Origin: the human T2T-CHM13v2.0 reference genome, Homo sapiens
Length of the DNA stretch: 64,000 nt
Strand: one strand, 5' to 3'
Assembly (NCBI RefSeq): GCF_009914755.1
Contig: NC_060939.1
In this document: positions 28,600-43,550 of the stretch, in pieces
How the letters are laid out: every line of letters begins with the position of its first letter
How positions within the stretch are numbered: the first letter of the stretch is position 1
The notes under the pieces: model-generated
The model's input: only the letters and a program-made list of their open reading frames with translations
What the model was told of the DNA's origin: nothing
Databases searched by the model: none
Translations under genes and position numbers: made by a program

Positions 28600-29290
28600 T
28601 GATGCATAAAATCCAATGATATCCAGTGTCAGAGAAAGACAGAGATGCATTATGAAAGCCCTGGTGAACACCAACAGTAGAATCCCTGTGGAGACCCGTA
28701 GGGTTTGGAGTGAGACCCCGCGCCTGATACTATATTCCCTTGGGGAACCAGCCACTCAACTGGAAGCAGGGTGTGAAGATATTCATATCTCATATAAATG
28801 CCCCCCCAAAAGTATCTGTAGTGGAGGAGGATACAGTCAAGCGGACAAAATGATACCATAAATGTCAGTCAGTTTCTTTTCCCATCTATGCTAGTGTTTG
28901 CTCAGAGGGCCCATGAACAAAGTGGCTCTCATGGCAGAGATGGAGAAAACACACGGGCTCAAAAACGTGGACTTCTCCTTACCAAGCCTCATCTGGCTAG
29001 TGCCCCAGCTGAAGACCTAAATTCTCAATAGCATTGAGTCCCTGACATGGTACCAGTTCCTCGGGAAACATGCCAGTCAAATGACAATAGATCAATTACC
29101 CTGGGGTCCCTTACATCATGGGGAGATCAACAATTGTTTCACAGCAACAGATACATATTCCGGAGACAGATTTACCTTCCCTTCCTGAAGCAATTCTTCC
29201 AGCATTGCCATTCACAGGTTCATAGAATTTATTTACCCTCATCTTGGTATCCCTCACATAGCTTCTGCCAGCAAAGGAAGTGGGGCAATG
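28600..29290 (+). mobile_element. ERVL-class internal pol remnant (RNase H end / integrase N-terminus), degenerate
   Basis: Fragments read VKIFISHINA, AQRAHEQSGSHGRDG, GLLLTKPHLASAPAE, TDTYSG.RFTFP, matching the ERVL pol motifs VKIFVSHVNAH, AQWAHEQSGHGGRDG, GLPLTKADLA, IDTYSGYGFAFP; frameshifts and internal deletions. Confidence 0.8.
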
Positions 29291-29499
29291 AGAACTTATA
29301 CACAAGAGACTGTGTTTGATCCTTTATATGGATTAATCTACATCTCAATCTCATGATATAGGAACTATTTTGCGCCTTTTGTAACTGTGGAAACTGAGAC
29401 TTGGGGAGGTTAAAAAAAACTTGTCACAAATGATCAGCTAGCTTGTGACATAACTAGGACTAAAATCTAGATTTTTCTGGCCAAAAAGTCTGTGTTAAA

Positions 29500-30460
29500 A
29501 AAAAAACACTGCATTTATTGGAGAGATGGCTGATTCCAGGGTTGGGAGAGGGAAAACAAGATGAGCCAGAAACATCTTAAAATCCCAGTACGGAAGGTAG
29601 TACCCTCTTCCCCTCCAATAAAAGGAGGAGGGAAGGAAGGAAAGAAAAAAGGAAGGAAAAAGGAAGGAAGGAAGGAGAAAATGAAGGAGAGAAGAAGAGG
29701 AAGAAAGAGGGAGGGAGGGAAGAGGGAAGGAGATAGGTGGGGCTTGTCCAAGGGACACAGGATCCAACCCTTTGTTCAGCCCTGGAACAAAGCTGGAAGA
29801 ATTTGAGCAACAAAATAAAAAACAATCATATTTGATTGTAACTCAAATAATAAAACAAATACCCATGAGCTGTACTGATATAAACAATTGATCAAAGAAA
29901 TAAACACATGGAGGAGAATAGATAAATCTTTCTTACAGAATTCCAAATAATGTTTGTAGATTCTCCCTTTCCCAAAGGCTTGATATCATGCATTCCCTAG
30001 TATGGAACAAAGAAAAGGGCACTTCATGTCTGTGGTTTCTTCCCCCAAAGCCCTTGACCCCAGTCTAATGATGAAAAAACATCCAACAAACCCAAATGGA
30101 GGGACATTGTGCAAAATCTCTGACCAGCTGTCTTCATAACTGTCAAGGTCATGGGAACCAAGGAAAGGCTGAGAACCTATCACAGAATTGAGGAGACTTC
30201 GGAGACACAACAAATGCAATGTGGTGTCTTGGACTGGATCCTGGAACAAAAAAAACCCGACATGTGTAGAAAAACTAGCAAAATAATATCTGTAATTTAG
30301 TTAATACTACTGAAACGATGTGAATTTCTTTGTTTTAAAAAACATGCTGTGGTTATGTGTGATGTTAACACTTGAAAAAGCTGGGTGAAAGGTGTATGGG
30401 AATTCTCTGTACTGACCGTGCAACTTTTCTGTAAATCTAAAAGTATTACAAAGTAAAAAG
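29500..30460 (+). mobile_element. Old L1M (L1MC/MD-type) 3'UTR with internal GGAA/GA-rich tract
   Basis: aaatgcaatgtggtgtcttggactggatcctggaaca and gggtgaaaggtgtatgggaattctctgtact...caacttttctgtaaatctaaaa; purine tract 29620-29735. Confidence 0.75.
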
Positions 30461-30664
30461 TGTAACAGTTTCAAAAAACATAGAAAACAGAACACTGTAT
30501 TAGACCACCTTTGAGTCATGGTATTTGACAGAACTTGCCTGGGTATTTTCCACTTGGGAACATTTAGTTGTAGGCCATGGAAAATTTGCCTCTCTGCCCA
30601 ATAGAGAAAATAAGGAAAGAAAAAAAGGAGACATGTAAGGAGTTGATTAATTCTCCAGTTTTAA

Positions 30665-30983
<319 letters not shown>

Positions 30984-32224
30984 GAGACTGTACTTTTAAC
31001 AAACAATTTAATAAACTCAGTGACTCTATCATTAACTATCAGTTCAGTTGTTGAATTTTTCTCTATGTATCCATAAAAATTACGGGTCTTACATCTTGTG
31101 ATGAAATCTCCCACTTCACCAAAAAAATAGTGCACCCGGCTTGATGAATAGTCACTGGTATAAATCATTTGAGACAATCAGAAGTTTCATTATGCATTTG
31201 CCTGAAAAATTGGCCTCTTTGGTGAATATTTTTAATGTATTTCTCAAATCTGTCTTCACTGCACCACATCAGGCTGGAAAATCAATATAGACAGTAACTG
31301 GAGGCAGCAAAAAAGGAGATGAAACAGTAGCTACTGAGAAGTAAAACTGAGGCAGCTGGTCACAAGCCACAGTAGGACTCACGTCTCTTCATTGTAGTTG
31401 GCATTTAATAATTGCACATTTATTGAACACCTACTTCTGAAATGCATAGAAATAACCACCTTCATGTGCCAGGACTAAATGGTCATTATTTTATTACCAA
31501 CCCTACATAATAGTCATTATTATCCCCAGTGTTAGAGGTAAAGTGATTGAGGCTCAGAAGCATTAAGTCACATTGTCAGCTGGGCATCAAATTAGATTTC
31601 CTTGGCTTCAGACCTCCAGCTTATTCACAGGGAGCAGAGCTGTGCTTACACGGGCAACACGGCACGGAGCCTACACCCCCAGCAAAGCAAATGAGAGCTC
31701 GGAGGCCATGACTTAAACAAACCATTTTTTAAAAAACATGGAAGAATCTGTTAAGCAACATTTGGTTGTTAGTTAACTCAAATTGTCCCTGTTTTTTTTT
31801 GTTGTTGTTGTTTGTTTGGTTTTTTTTTCCTGCAAAGGTATGCTCTGAGCTCCAGGTAAACTTGGACGGAAGAGAGGGTTCTCAACAGAGGAGCCACCTG
31901 TTCAAGGTATAAGCCAGGAAGACATCTTTTTAGATTTTTTTCCCCTCAAGTCATAAGAAACGTTTTTACTTTTCAAAGGCAGTAACACAAATGGATCTAT
32001 GTGATAAGAGAAAACAGTCTCTTGAGCAAAAGCACAAACAGCAGTTTCAGTGCAAAGCTACAGCAGCTTTCCCCCAAGGAAACATTAAACACACATACTA
32101 AGGGGCGGGGCTGGGCTGAGTACGCAGCAGCCTACACAGCAGACGGGATCAGAGTCACAATCCAATGGAGCACGCTCCAGAATTAAAAGCAGAACTCCAG
32201 CAGGCAGAGGGGAAAGACACTGGA

Positions 32225-32579
32225 TGATATGGTTTAGCTGTGTCCCCAGATCTCATCCTGAGCTGTAGCTCCCATAATTCCCACGTGTTGTGGGAGGGAC
32301 CCGGTAGGAGATAATTGAATCATGGGAGCGGTTTCCCCCATACTGTTCTCGTGGTAGTAAGTCTCTTGAGATCTGATGATTTTATAAGGTGGTTTCCCCT
32401 TTCATTGGGCTCTCATTCTCTCTTGCCTGCCACCATATAAGACGTGCTTTTCACCTTCTGCCGTGATTGTGAAGCCTCCCCAGCTACGTGGAACTGAGCC
32501 TGTTAAACCTCTTTTCCTTTACAAATTGCCCAGTCTCGGGTATGTCTTTATCAACAGTGAGTGAAAACGGACTAATACA
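32225..32579 (+). mobile_element. THE1 MaLR solo LTR
   Basis: tgatatggtttagctgtgtcccc...cccataattcccacgtgttgtgggaggg...aacggactaataca; TSD ctgga/ctaga. Confidence 0.92.
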
Positions 32580-35500
32580 CTAGATGACCAAACTTCAGCT
32601 CTATTATAGAAATATATATATGTATGTATATAGTTTGTATATTTTACACCTATATGTAACTAAATTTATAAATACTAAATATAAAACTATATTTAAATAA
32701 ATATATAAATTATATCTAAAATATACTAATTCAAAATATAAAATAAGGCATATTGTGTTAAATAACAATTTTAATTTCAAAATGAATCAACAGGCTCATC
32801 TTTTATTTTTTTAACTGGGAGTTCAGAGGTAGTTAGTAAGATGAGGGGATATCCCCAAACTAGATAAGAAAATCCCTCAGAGCAATAGTGAATAATTGGG
32901 GTGGAGGGGTTCTGACTCCTTTGAGAATCTTATGAAAGCCATAAAACATTTTCCATGAAAATGAACATATACCCATTGATGCGAGTTTTCTTTCTGGGTG
33001 GTCCATGAACCCCTGGTGTTGATCCCTATGGAGAGTCCAAGGGCAGCCTAAGCCTTCTGTCATGTTCATTTCCCAAGCAGCAAAAGAGAGGGACAAACCA
33101 TCAAGATTTCTAAAAACCAGTTTATAAATGTTTGTTGAAGGAGCTCTGAGTTTATCTATTTGTATACATAGGGTTGATTTCTATGCCTCCCAATTTCCAG
33201 ATAATGTTCCAGATACACATGCCCCAAATAATTGAAGTCAGACAGATAATAAAAGAGCAGAACAGAACAGGGATCAAACACTCTTACCCTTTGGTGCATT
33301 AGCAAGAGACTCCCAAAGCTTAGAAACTGATGGACATCAGCCAAACTTGACAGGCTAATGAATCTGGTCCACACAGGCATGGCCAGGAGAGCCAGAATGT
33401 TGCTCCGGCCCTCTCTGGTGCACATCTGGGGCAGAATTGAAACAGGCGAATGATGGTGTTGGAGCTGAGGTCATGGAAGCCATGTGCCAAGCCCAGGGGG
33501 TGATCCCAAGTACAGAATGGAACTGTGTCATGTGCACATTTCAGTCTCATTAATTCAATGACATAGCCTAGGGAAATAAACGAAAACGCCCACGTAAGAG
33601 CAAGATAAGAGGTAAATAATTGAAACAGTGTAGACCATGAGGCCATGCCACTCAACAAGCACATGCCAAATGGCGGTGGACACAACGCTGCTGCTGGCAA
33701 ATCATAAAGGACAAGCAAGAACATGTGAAGGATGTTAAGGATTTCTCAGCCACTGACAAGGAAGCAAGCCTGTGGCTCAGTGGAACCAACAAGTGAGTGT
33801 TCAAGGAAGCAAAGTGGAATTGAGGACCTGGTCCGCAAAGAAACATTAACCACTGGTGAACTAGACAAATGTATGAAATCATATGCAAAAGATTGAAACG
33901 CCTAGATATTTTCTTTGGTAGTTGGTGGGAGAGGTATATTGGGTGAGTACTCTCCCTCATAAAAATGGGCTGCACAATATTGATTCTTGGAAGAAAACTA
34001 AAAACATTTTTTAACAAAGAGATATGACTACAAACTTGGAGTCACTAGCCACTGTATTCCTGGATCAGTCTTGTACATATGTAGTCAGATTATATATTTG
34101 TTGAACGCTCCTAGGTTGTTGTCACTGACAGATAATAGAGTACTGACTAAAGTGGATCTTATGGTACACTTGACCTTAAGCAAGAGAAATCAAAGTGGGA
34201 AGGCATCATCCACATTAAATACTACCTGAGCTCCACAGGTGTCTCGTGGGTGTATGAATTGCACATGGGAGAGATTGTTCCAGACCACACACTCTCTGTC
34301 ACCATAACTGATTGAACTATTTCCATGAAAGACTGTGGTCCTAACCCATAAGGAAAAAGTTTATGCCTCACATAACGCTTCATCTCTCAACACATCCTTG
34401 AAATTACTTACCAAAAAGTCTTCCAAGGGGCTTTGCACTTGTTATCAACCATAAAACCTCAAAGGAAGTCAAATTATCCCAGAAAAGTCAGAGGACATGA
34501 GGTAGCCATTTCACTGACTTCAAAAGCAAGTGAAAATTATTGTATTAAATATCAAATGCAAATCACAGGCAGGAGATGATAATGCGGGAAAAATAATTCC
34601 TCCTCTCATTGTGACCTACCTTAGAACTGCATTTGTAGATATAATGGTCTATAAAATCCTGTTATTACACCTGCAAAATTGCTAGAAAAAGTTTTCACTC
34701 TTATTCATACAGTACAATATACCTTACAGTTCCCAATATACCTTAACACATACTGTCTCTTGCCGTAGAGTGAACTCGGATGCAGAATATCACAGTGAGG
34801 AAATGGAGGTTCAGAAGGTTAAGTGAACTATCCAGGTTCAGGCTTGGAATGGGGATAGCTATTTGGCCATAATGGTAAGAAACCAAATTTAGCCACTAAT
34901 AACACCCTGTTCTGAGCTGCAAAAGAAAAGTAACAACTGTTTGGCGTCTGTTTTCTTGGGGTAACAGCTTGCAAGTTTCTGAAAGAACAACTTGCTATTA
35001 GGGCACTGGCTCCTCAAATTCCATTATTAATCCAGGATGAATGGATGCCCAGTTTTGTAGGCTTCTCTGGAAATGATACTGGCTCTCTGCCCTTTCCTAC
35101 ATCCCCGCCCCCAATTCAGAACTGCTGTTTTGTTGTTTTTAATTGCCTTTCCTTTATTTATTCTTTATAAAGCCCCTCCAATTCTAACATCCCAAGCTAT
35201 TTGAAATACAAATGCAGGAGGATTTGTCATGTCCGTAAACATGCTGTGTGACTGTATCTACCTCTGGAAGATACTGCAAATGCATGTTAGTCTTCAGTGC
35301 CTTTGCTCCTGGAATTCTCTCATTATAGAAAACCAAAAATGGCAGAATGGCTTATTTTGCCTGCAATTTAGGCAACCTTCTATCTATCCTAGTATAATAA
35401 TAATGTCTCTGGAACTCAATATTATATTCAAACCACCAGCTCCCTCACTTAGTTGGTGGCTTTGAAAACTAGAATAGAGGAACAACTTCAAGTTTAAAGA

Positions 35501-36279
35501 AGAAAATAAGCACTGATCTCATAAAATAATTCTAACTTCATGAAAGTTATAATTCTAGTCCAAATGTTTCATGCCCAGTAGGCCCTCCTCTGCCTTCCAA
35601 ATTGGAACTAAATCCACTCTAATCTTCCGTACTCAGACAGAGGACAACTTTCTACCTATGAATCTTGCTATCAGAGTAAAATGTTGTTAAAAATTTCTCA
35701 TCCACATGATGGAATATTATGCACACATGCAAGTGGTGTTTTCAAATCATTCATAATGTCATGGAAAGGAAATAAACAAGATATTAAACCACATATGTTC
35801 TCTAATCTCATTGACATGAAATATGTAATATGTAATGTAGTTTATAGTTTAAATGGCTGGAAAGAAATACATAAAATATTCATAACAATGGTCTCTGTTC
35901 TACAATGATGATTGACTTTTGTGTTCTTTAGCTTTTCCTTTTTTATGTCTGTCACTTCATTTATTTTATTTAATTAATTTACTTATTTACAGGAGGATTT
36001 GAAACAAATTTTAAGAAATTTTTCCTCTTTTTTCCTCAGACATGAATCATTCAAGTGAAACCAACTTAACTACAGAAATGTAAAGAAGTAAGGAGAGAGA
36101 TGCAGTCCACATGTGTTTTAAGGGGCTGCATGCTCAGGACTGCCTGCCTAGAAGGCAAGCACAAAGACCCTTTTAAGAGGATATTTTTCTCCCCAAATAT
36201 CTACAGATGTTTCAACTTAGAGCTTAAAGGTTTTTTTTGTTTTTTGTTTTTTGTTTTTTTAAAAAAAAGGTGCAAAGGT

Positions 36280-36644
<365 letters not shown>

Positions 36645-37039
36645 TTACCTTCCTTAACTGATTATGGTTGTTACAAATTTTACCAAAAGATTAATGAAAA
36701 TATTGAAAAAAATTATTTTCTCACCTTACATTTGTAAAGATAATAGAATTTAGGAGTTTCTCAGAAAATAGACCAGAAACTGCCTTCAAGTTTCCAGACT
36801 AGAAAGTCTGGGACAGTGGAGGTGCAGGTGGAGAATGGGAAGCCCAGCCCAGGAGAAATCAGAAAATATGGGACTGGGGTGTGGTCGGGAGCTGCTCCAC
36901 AGGAGACGTGGCTGTGTGAGAAAGGGGAACACGAGGTAGTCAGAAAGACCTTAACTCCCCGCTGACATACCGACACTGGCTTTCACAAGGATTCCAGCAG
37001 TTTGGCTCCAAACTGAGGTGAACGCTTCAATGCTTATTC

Positions 37040-38762
37040 ACATGCTTTCATTCCCATTGTTTATTCACATTGTTTTTTTCACAAAGACTCAAGTTGCCCA
37101 AATTAAATATTTCTTCTAATGTGACTACACATGCCTAAAAAGTGGGGTGAGGTGGCGGGTGCTTTTAAAATCAAGATGGGAATGAGATTAAAAATCATCA
37201 AATTAATCCTTTTAGCTCCAGATGAAATGAAATTAAGCACAGAATTATTGGTTTCTAATAGGAAATAACCCGAAATCTAAACATCAGTTTCCCTTCCTGC
37301 CCTAGTCTCTACCCTTCACATAGAGAAGAAATGAGAAACTCAGCTAAAGCCCAGTGTGTTTTGTTCTGTTGAAGAGCAGAGCTTCACCCCAGGCTCTGTG
37401 GCCGGCCTCTCCTGTCCAGTGGGATGCAGCACGTGGGATACTTTCAGCTGTAGTAGGATTCCGCAAGGCAGGTGGGGTTGAGCATAAGATCTTCAGAGTC
37501 TCCTTGAGGCTCCTCTGTTAGCTCCTCACCCGCCATCTTCCTAGCACTTCTCTCCCCTAGGCAAGGGCTCCTGTCAAAAGCAGCCCCCACTGAGTTGTGG
37601 GCTATAAGTTATCCTAGGTTCTCTGTCCCACTCTCATTATCTTCAGTCTCCCCTTCCTCCCCACTGAACTTGTCATGGGCCCTTCTGGGGCTGGGGCTAG
37701 ACTTCTGAAACATGAACCTCCCCAGCCTTGGCCCTGGCTCTGGCTCACCCACTTCTCTCTGCCTTCAACTTCACAGTCATTGTGTGAGTAACACTTCTTG
37801 CTTTTGAGTGTATACTCTGGGTTCCACTGCTAGTCCTGGTTTCTCTTTTGAAAATCATTGTTGCTACTGTCATTCCAGAGTAACTGACTCTTCCCAAGCC
37901 ACTCCCCCTGGCTGGAAATGGGAAGGCCCCTCGAGCTCTGCTGCTCCTCTTTCTCTTGGACCCACAAAGTTTTGGTCCCCAGTCTCAATTTTTCAAAGCC
38001 CAGGTGCTCTTCTTTCCCTCCTCTGTTTCTTCAGTGCACACTTCTGCTTTGCAAGAGTGAGATGCCTGGGAGGAAGGGGATGATGACCTGGGCCAGTCTG
38101 TGTTCTGACAGCTTTTCCAGTTTGATCCCTTGAGTTTTCTCTGTTTTCTCAGCTGATCTTTCCCTTAAGTGGCTTGAGTCTCGGAAATCCACTGATTCTC
38201 TTGATTTACCTCTTTTAAGCTCTTTCTCCTTATGTTTTTTACCATGTTCAATATCAAGGTGAAGATCAATGGGATCTTCTTTTTATTTTCCTCTGGCCTT
38301 GAAGCCAAGTTGCTGGGGAATTCTCATTTCATCATGAGCCAGGCCATGCTTTTTGAATGTGTTGAGGGAAATGTCTAACCTCCTGTGTATCTCTGGGCTT
38401 TTCTTGTTTTTAGCTGCATCCTGCTCGGTTTAGGTATTTAGTAAAGCATTCATACAATGTCATCCTGAGGAGTGAAAGTGATGCTCCACAACATGGTGAA
38501 CAAGGGTCACTATCTGCTGGGCAAACAATTCTGAGGGGCTACACTGAGACTGAGCTGACTGTATGTGCTGGAAAATGGGACAAAATTTCTGTTCCTTTTT
38601 GTTGCTGTGAACTAAATCCTGACAAAGCTTGTGTTCCTGAGCCAAAAATCCACTGGGTCATGCAAGGTCCTCATCAAAAGATTCCATCCAGACATTGACC
38701 TGTGTCTCTTGAATAATCACAAAGAAAGACTTTCCTGTGGGCAAGTCTTCTTTGGCTCCCAT
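37040..38762 (-). pseudogene. Processed, 5'-truncated THRAP3 retrocopy (3' part of CDS plus 3'UTR), disabled
   Basis: Minus-strand translation gives GAKEDLPTGKSFFVIIQETQVNVWMESFDE...[60 protein letters not shown], and near 37600-37720 [34 protein letters not shown]. These match the THRAP3 segments I recall ([23 protein letters not shown]...[23 protein letters not shown]; [34 protein letters not shown]). Colinear with no introns, frameshift/stop at ~38460 (GGA TGA), AATAAA on the minus strand at 37060-37065. Left boundary approximate. Confidence 0.92.
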
Positions 38763-38939
38763 GTGTTCTTTTTTTTTTTTTTTAATTCTTCTTCTTCATT
38801 CCCTTAGGTTTCTGCAATAATCACATATTGCTTATTTTAGAAAAATATTTTTTCTTCAAGCAACCCTTCCTGTGTTATAGCAATAATGTGTCAATTTGCA
38901 TTCCTACAACTATATACTTCAGTGTTCAGCTTACTCTAT

Positions 38940-39660
38940 GCTCAGAATTTACTCTATACATTTTCCTCTAGCCCTCTTCCTTTCCCACTCTATACTCTTC
39001 CTAGTCAAGCTTTTCCACTCCCATTGCTTCAGTTACAATCTATATATTGATAACTCCCAAACATATATGGCATATCCCAGACTTCTCCTATGAATGCTAA
39101 ACCTATGTATCCAGTTGCCTATTTAGCATATCCACCATGATCACTCACTGGCAATTCAAACTCAGTATATTTAAATCAGAACTCAAGGACCCTGCTCCAT
39201 ACCCAGTCCTCTTTCTGTTTCCTATGTCAGTGAGTGACACTCCTATCTATGCCATTGCATTATCTAGAAACCTGGTTTAACACCTCCCTATCCAACATAC
39301 CACATATATCCAATACTTTATCAAGGCCTATTGCTTCTCCTTACAAAATATCTTTCAAATCTTTCCACACTGCTCCATACTCATGGACACTCCACTGGGT
39401 GAAGTCTTCGTCTCTCACCTGGATCACTGCAATAGGCTTGAATTGTTTTTGGGTTTTTTTGTTTTCTTGTTTGTTTGTTTTTGTATCCACAGAAGACTGC
39501 CTTCCTGCTGTCATCTTCTCTCTAGCCAAATTTATCATTTTGAAAACACTAATTCGACTCTACGTTTTTCAAACCTTAAATCTTTCAATAGTTTCTCTAT
39601 TGATTTTTAAAATAAAATGTAAAAATCACCAAAATTACAGGACCCTGAGCAATATAACCT
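38940..39660 (+). mobile_element. L2 fragment
   Basis: ttccactcccattgcttcagttacaatctatatattgataactcccaaa...tatccagttgcctattt...tctctcacctggatcactgcaatagg are L2 3' motifs. Confidence 0.65.
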
Positions 39661-41054
39661 CTTTCTTTCTCATCACCCTTATCCTCCCCTTCCCCTTGAG
39701 TTTGGCAGCCTTATGCTATAGGGGAGGAAACCCCACAGATTCAGAATTTGAAAACAAGGCTTTGCCTTTCATAAGAAAGGTAGGAAGAAAGAAGACTTCT
39801 CACTAGCCATGGGCCGAGGACCACTTCAAGCCCAATTCTTAACACATCCACCTGACAGGCTTTATTTTAGATCTGAGCGCAACAAATCCTGTTTCCAAGA
39901 ATTGCCCTGTATCCAGCAAAGGGAGAGAAGGCCTCAGGATGCTCAGGTAGAGAAGAAGGGGCACTGCGTTGCTCACCAGAGAAGAAAAAGTAAGCCTTGT
40001 CATAAGCTATCAAACTTCAAAAGGGTATTTATGTAGAGGCACTGACAACATTTGTTTGAAGGAACTATTTGTCCTATAAAGTGTCTAGAATCCATAAGAG
40101 AGTGTAATATTTCCCCCATATTTATCCAGGAAAGTAAAATAGTGAAACTGTACAAGGGAGACACAGTATTTGCCCAGGGCAACAAAACATTAAGGATCTC
40201 TTTGGCTGATATTCTGATATGCTGAGCCAAGAACATCTGTTGATCGCAGAGAGGCTGATTTCCTCTTCTACAACCACAGTAACTTTCATTAAGTACCACA
40301 AGGGAGAAAGTGTCTTTCTGGTTAGGTCCATTTTATGCACTGTCTGTTCTATTGGAAACACTTTTTTCTTTCTTCTCTCATCCCTTCTCCAGGCTAACTC
40401 CTACTCTTCATGGAGATCTCAGTGAAACATAACAGCTTCTTGGATAGCTTCCCTGATTAACTGATCATCAGCTATTAACTGATTAACCACTTCCTTGATT
40501 AGCTGCTTGAGAACTCTGTCTTGGACCCACTTACCAGCAATGTGATTCAATAATTAAATGACTAATACATGTTAGAATATGCCTATCAGGTTCTTCATTG
40601 TAGGCCCCTTTCTCAGCACAGGATCTTACACATTAAAAAAAATTTGCTGAAAGATATGTTAATTCATTTGTATTATTTAATATTTGTTCATCTATCCTAT
40701 CAAACTGTAACTCCCTTGACCAGGACTTTGTCATATTTCTCTTTGTAGAACAGGAGATTTATGATTTAATATGGTTCTTTGTCCACAGTATGCATTCAGT
40801 CAGTGTTTTATACATACCAAAATAAAAAGGAAAGCCCTTCTTTATCGATGTCCCTGTGTGATACAGTAGCAGCTTAAATCTTGGCTTCAGATACCTTTAC
40901 ATTATTAAAATTGATTTATGACTTCAGAGAGCTGTTGTTTACATAGGTTATATCTATCAATATTTTTTCATCTGAGTTAAAACTGTGAAAGGCTAAAATA
41001 TATCTACTTAGCAATTTATTAAGGTAATAACAAACCCATTACATGTTAGCAAAA

Positions 41055-41200
41055 TCACCATGCATTTGTATGCAAATACCATGCATTTTTGTATAAAAAT
41101 ACATGCATTTGTATGAAAATATCATGCTTTTGTATAAAGGTACATGCATTTGCATGAAAATACCATGCATTTGTATAAAAATACATGCATTTGTATACAA
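41055..41200. repeat. ~21-22 bp minisatellite (aaaatac(c)atgcatttgtat), ~7 copies
   Basis: catgcatttgta recurs at ~21-bp intervals. Confidence 0.9.
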
Positions 41201-41547
41201 ATACAATGAAAATACAAATGCATGGTATTTTTGTTGACATGCAGTGGGTTTGTTGTTACCTTAATAAATGGAGATATATTTATTACCTTAATGTACTTGG
41301 CAATGAATTTTGGAAATACATTTCCAAAATTAAAGCCTTTTTAGTTAGAAAAATGGCATTGTTTTGTGTTTTTAAAAAATATCTTTAATGTCTAAAGATG
41401 ATAACTAGATTCTAAAACGTGATTCTGCTTTCAACCTGCTGCAAGCTGTTGGTTTGTTTGAAGTATATAAAGAAAACTGTCATTATACAATTATGTAGTT
41501 GGAAAATAAAGAGATTTTAATAACCTTTTTTAATAATTATGGATATT

Positions 41548-41854
<307 letters not shown>

Positions 41855-43391
41855 TTACTAGTACACCAAAATTCAACAAGTGGTAATTTCTTAAAGATGA
41901 GCTGAAATACCAAATTGAAACATTATCAGTGAACTTCTTTCATACATGGTTACATTAAAATCTGTCAGTTCACTTTGCACTCTGAACAGACATTTAACTC
42001 ATGCATGCTTTTGTAATGTCATGCAGTGATCACTTAGAAAATATTAATTCACTGAGTTATACAGATCTTCTAAATGTCATATTTCATTATACAATATAAA
42101 AATTACATTTATTAATACCACCACCAATCTCATTAGAAAAGCAATTATTGGGAAGCTGCCAAGCTTGCAGTGGCAAATACAAATTTTCCAAAAGTCTAAC
42201 TTTCACTTGAAATGTTAAATTTTATCATTGGCAACAAAAATTGTCAGTTGTTAGCGATAGACCCACTTTATATATTTTTAAGAAAATGTCTTTAGAATAT
42301 CCAAATCTGCATAACTAGAATTGGTCTATTAGTCATTGTTCCAGATAAAAATAGTGTTTCCTTAAAATACTAAAATGCTGATATTTCAGCTTGCAATTCA
42401 GACAACTACACAAGTGCTTTTCCTCTGGAAAACCGTGGTGCTTCAGTGTGTAGCAGAAGTGCTTTAGGCACTTGACTTTTATCTTGGAGTATTCATGAAA
42501 TACCAGAGCTCGAGGGGCATTCACTGGAAATCAATATTCTATCCTCAGCCTCTTTTAACTCTGAGGGAAAACTTACGCTTTCCAGTACCTCTGACTTCCA
42601 AACATCCCATTCGACATACAGAAATTATACTTCCAAGCCTGCCAGTTTTATTGTCAACACTAATATCCTTAAGGGCTTAGGCAAGAGAATACAGATACCA
42701 GCCAGGGAAAAACAAAACAAAATCCATTCAAAGTCCAGGCCCTTTCGCTGGTGGGTGGGGCGATTGTTTCCATATTAATCAAAAGCACGTAGAATTAGGA
42801 GAAAGAAAGATAAAAGACAACTTCCAGGGCTGTGGCTGGGGATCAGGGAGGATGATGCTATTATAGCGGAAGGAGAAATCACAAAGCAGCAACTCACGAA
42901 GGAGGTTTGATGAGTGCACTGAAACTGGGGATCATTTCTTCCTGTTTAGTTTCTTAACTAAACACAAAGATTTCCCAAAACTCACCTACCTCATTGATGC
43001 GGTGGTTTAGCCAAGGAGTGTAAAACCATTGTCACCAGGGAGTAAGGAAGTAGTTCAGGAAGTTCACAATGGAGCCACCACCAGGAGACAAGAGACCCCA
43101 CCTCCAGAAGATTGGGGTACCTCCTACTCACTCTCCCTCCGTTGGTTCCCCTCTTGAGATCAGGATTTGGAGAGATTACAGACCATTTTGGAAATTTTTT
43201 ATTCACTATGTATTTTCTATTTATTAAATAATTAAGAATATCTTTAAGAGGATAAACCATGAGAAGGAGGAATATCTTTGTCATGAGAATCTCATGAAAA
43301 ACGCTGTTGAAATGAGGATTCTTCAAAGAAGAACACTTCCATTACTTTATTTTCAATGAATAAGAGTAGAATGCAACTGCAGCTTTGCATC

Positions 43392-43550
43392 CTTAGGGAA
43401 GCTACTTAACCTTCCTGAGCCTCTGTTTCCTCACTTGTAAAATAAAGATAATAATAGTATTTACCTCCAAAGATTATTGTGAAGATTAAATAAAATATTA
43501 CACATGCAGTATTTGACACTCTGTTTGACACAAGTAATACATCACAAATA
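43392..43550 (+). mobile_element. MIR 3' half abutting the G-rich repeat
   Basis: acttaaccttcctgagcctctgtttcctcacttgtaaaat...atagtatttacctcc...gattattgtgaagattaaat is the MIR core. Confidence 0.85.

Noticed and set aside
29620-29735. GGAA microsatellite enhancer
   Set aside because: Only about three to four consecutive GGAA units within a degenerate purine tract.
32475-32487. THE1 PRDM9 hotspot motif
   Set aside because: The copy reads CCTCCCCAGCTAC, mismatching CCNCCNTNNCCNC at two fixed positions.
38460-38645. 61-aa ORF as a live exon of THRAP3/BCLAF1
   Set aside because: It is embedded in an intronless, frameshifted, diverged copy, so it is a pseudogene fragment.
39234-39806. 190-aa ORF, and similar 150-185 aa ORFs at 12396, 15960, 50448, 56702 and 58339
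   Set aside because: They mostly run through L2, LTR, MIR or L1 sequence, often start at non-ATG codons and show no recognisable protein family.
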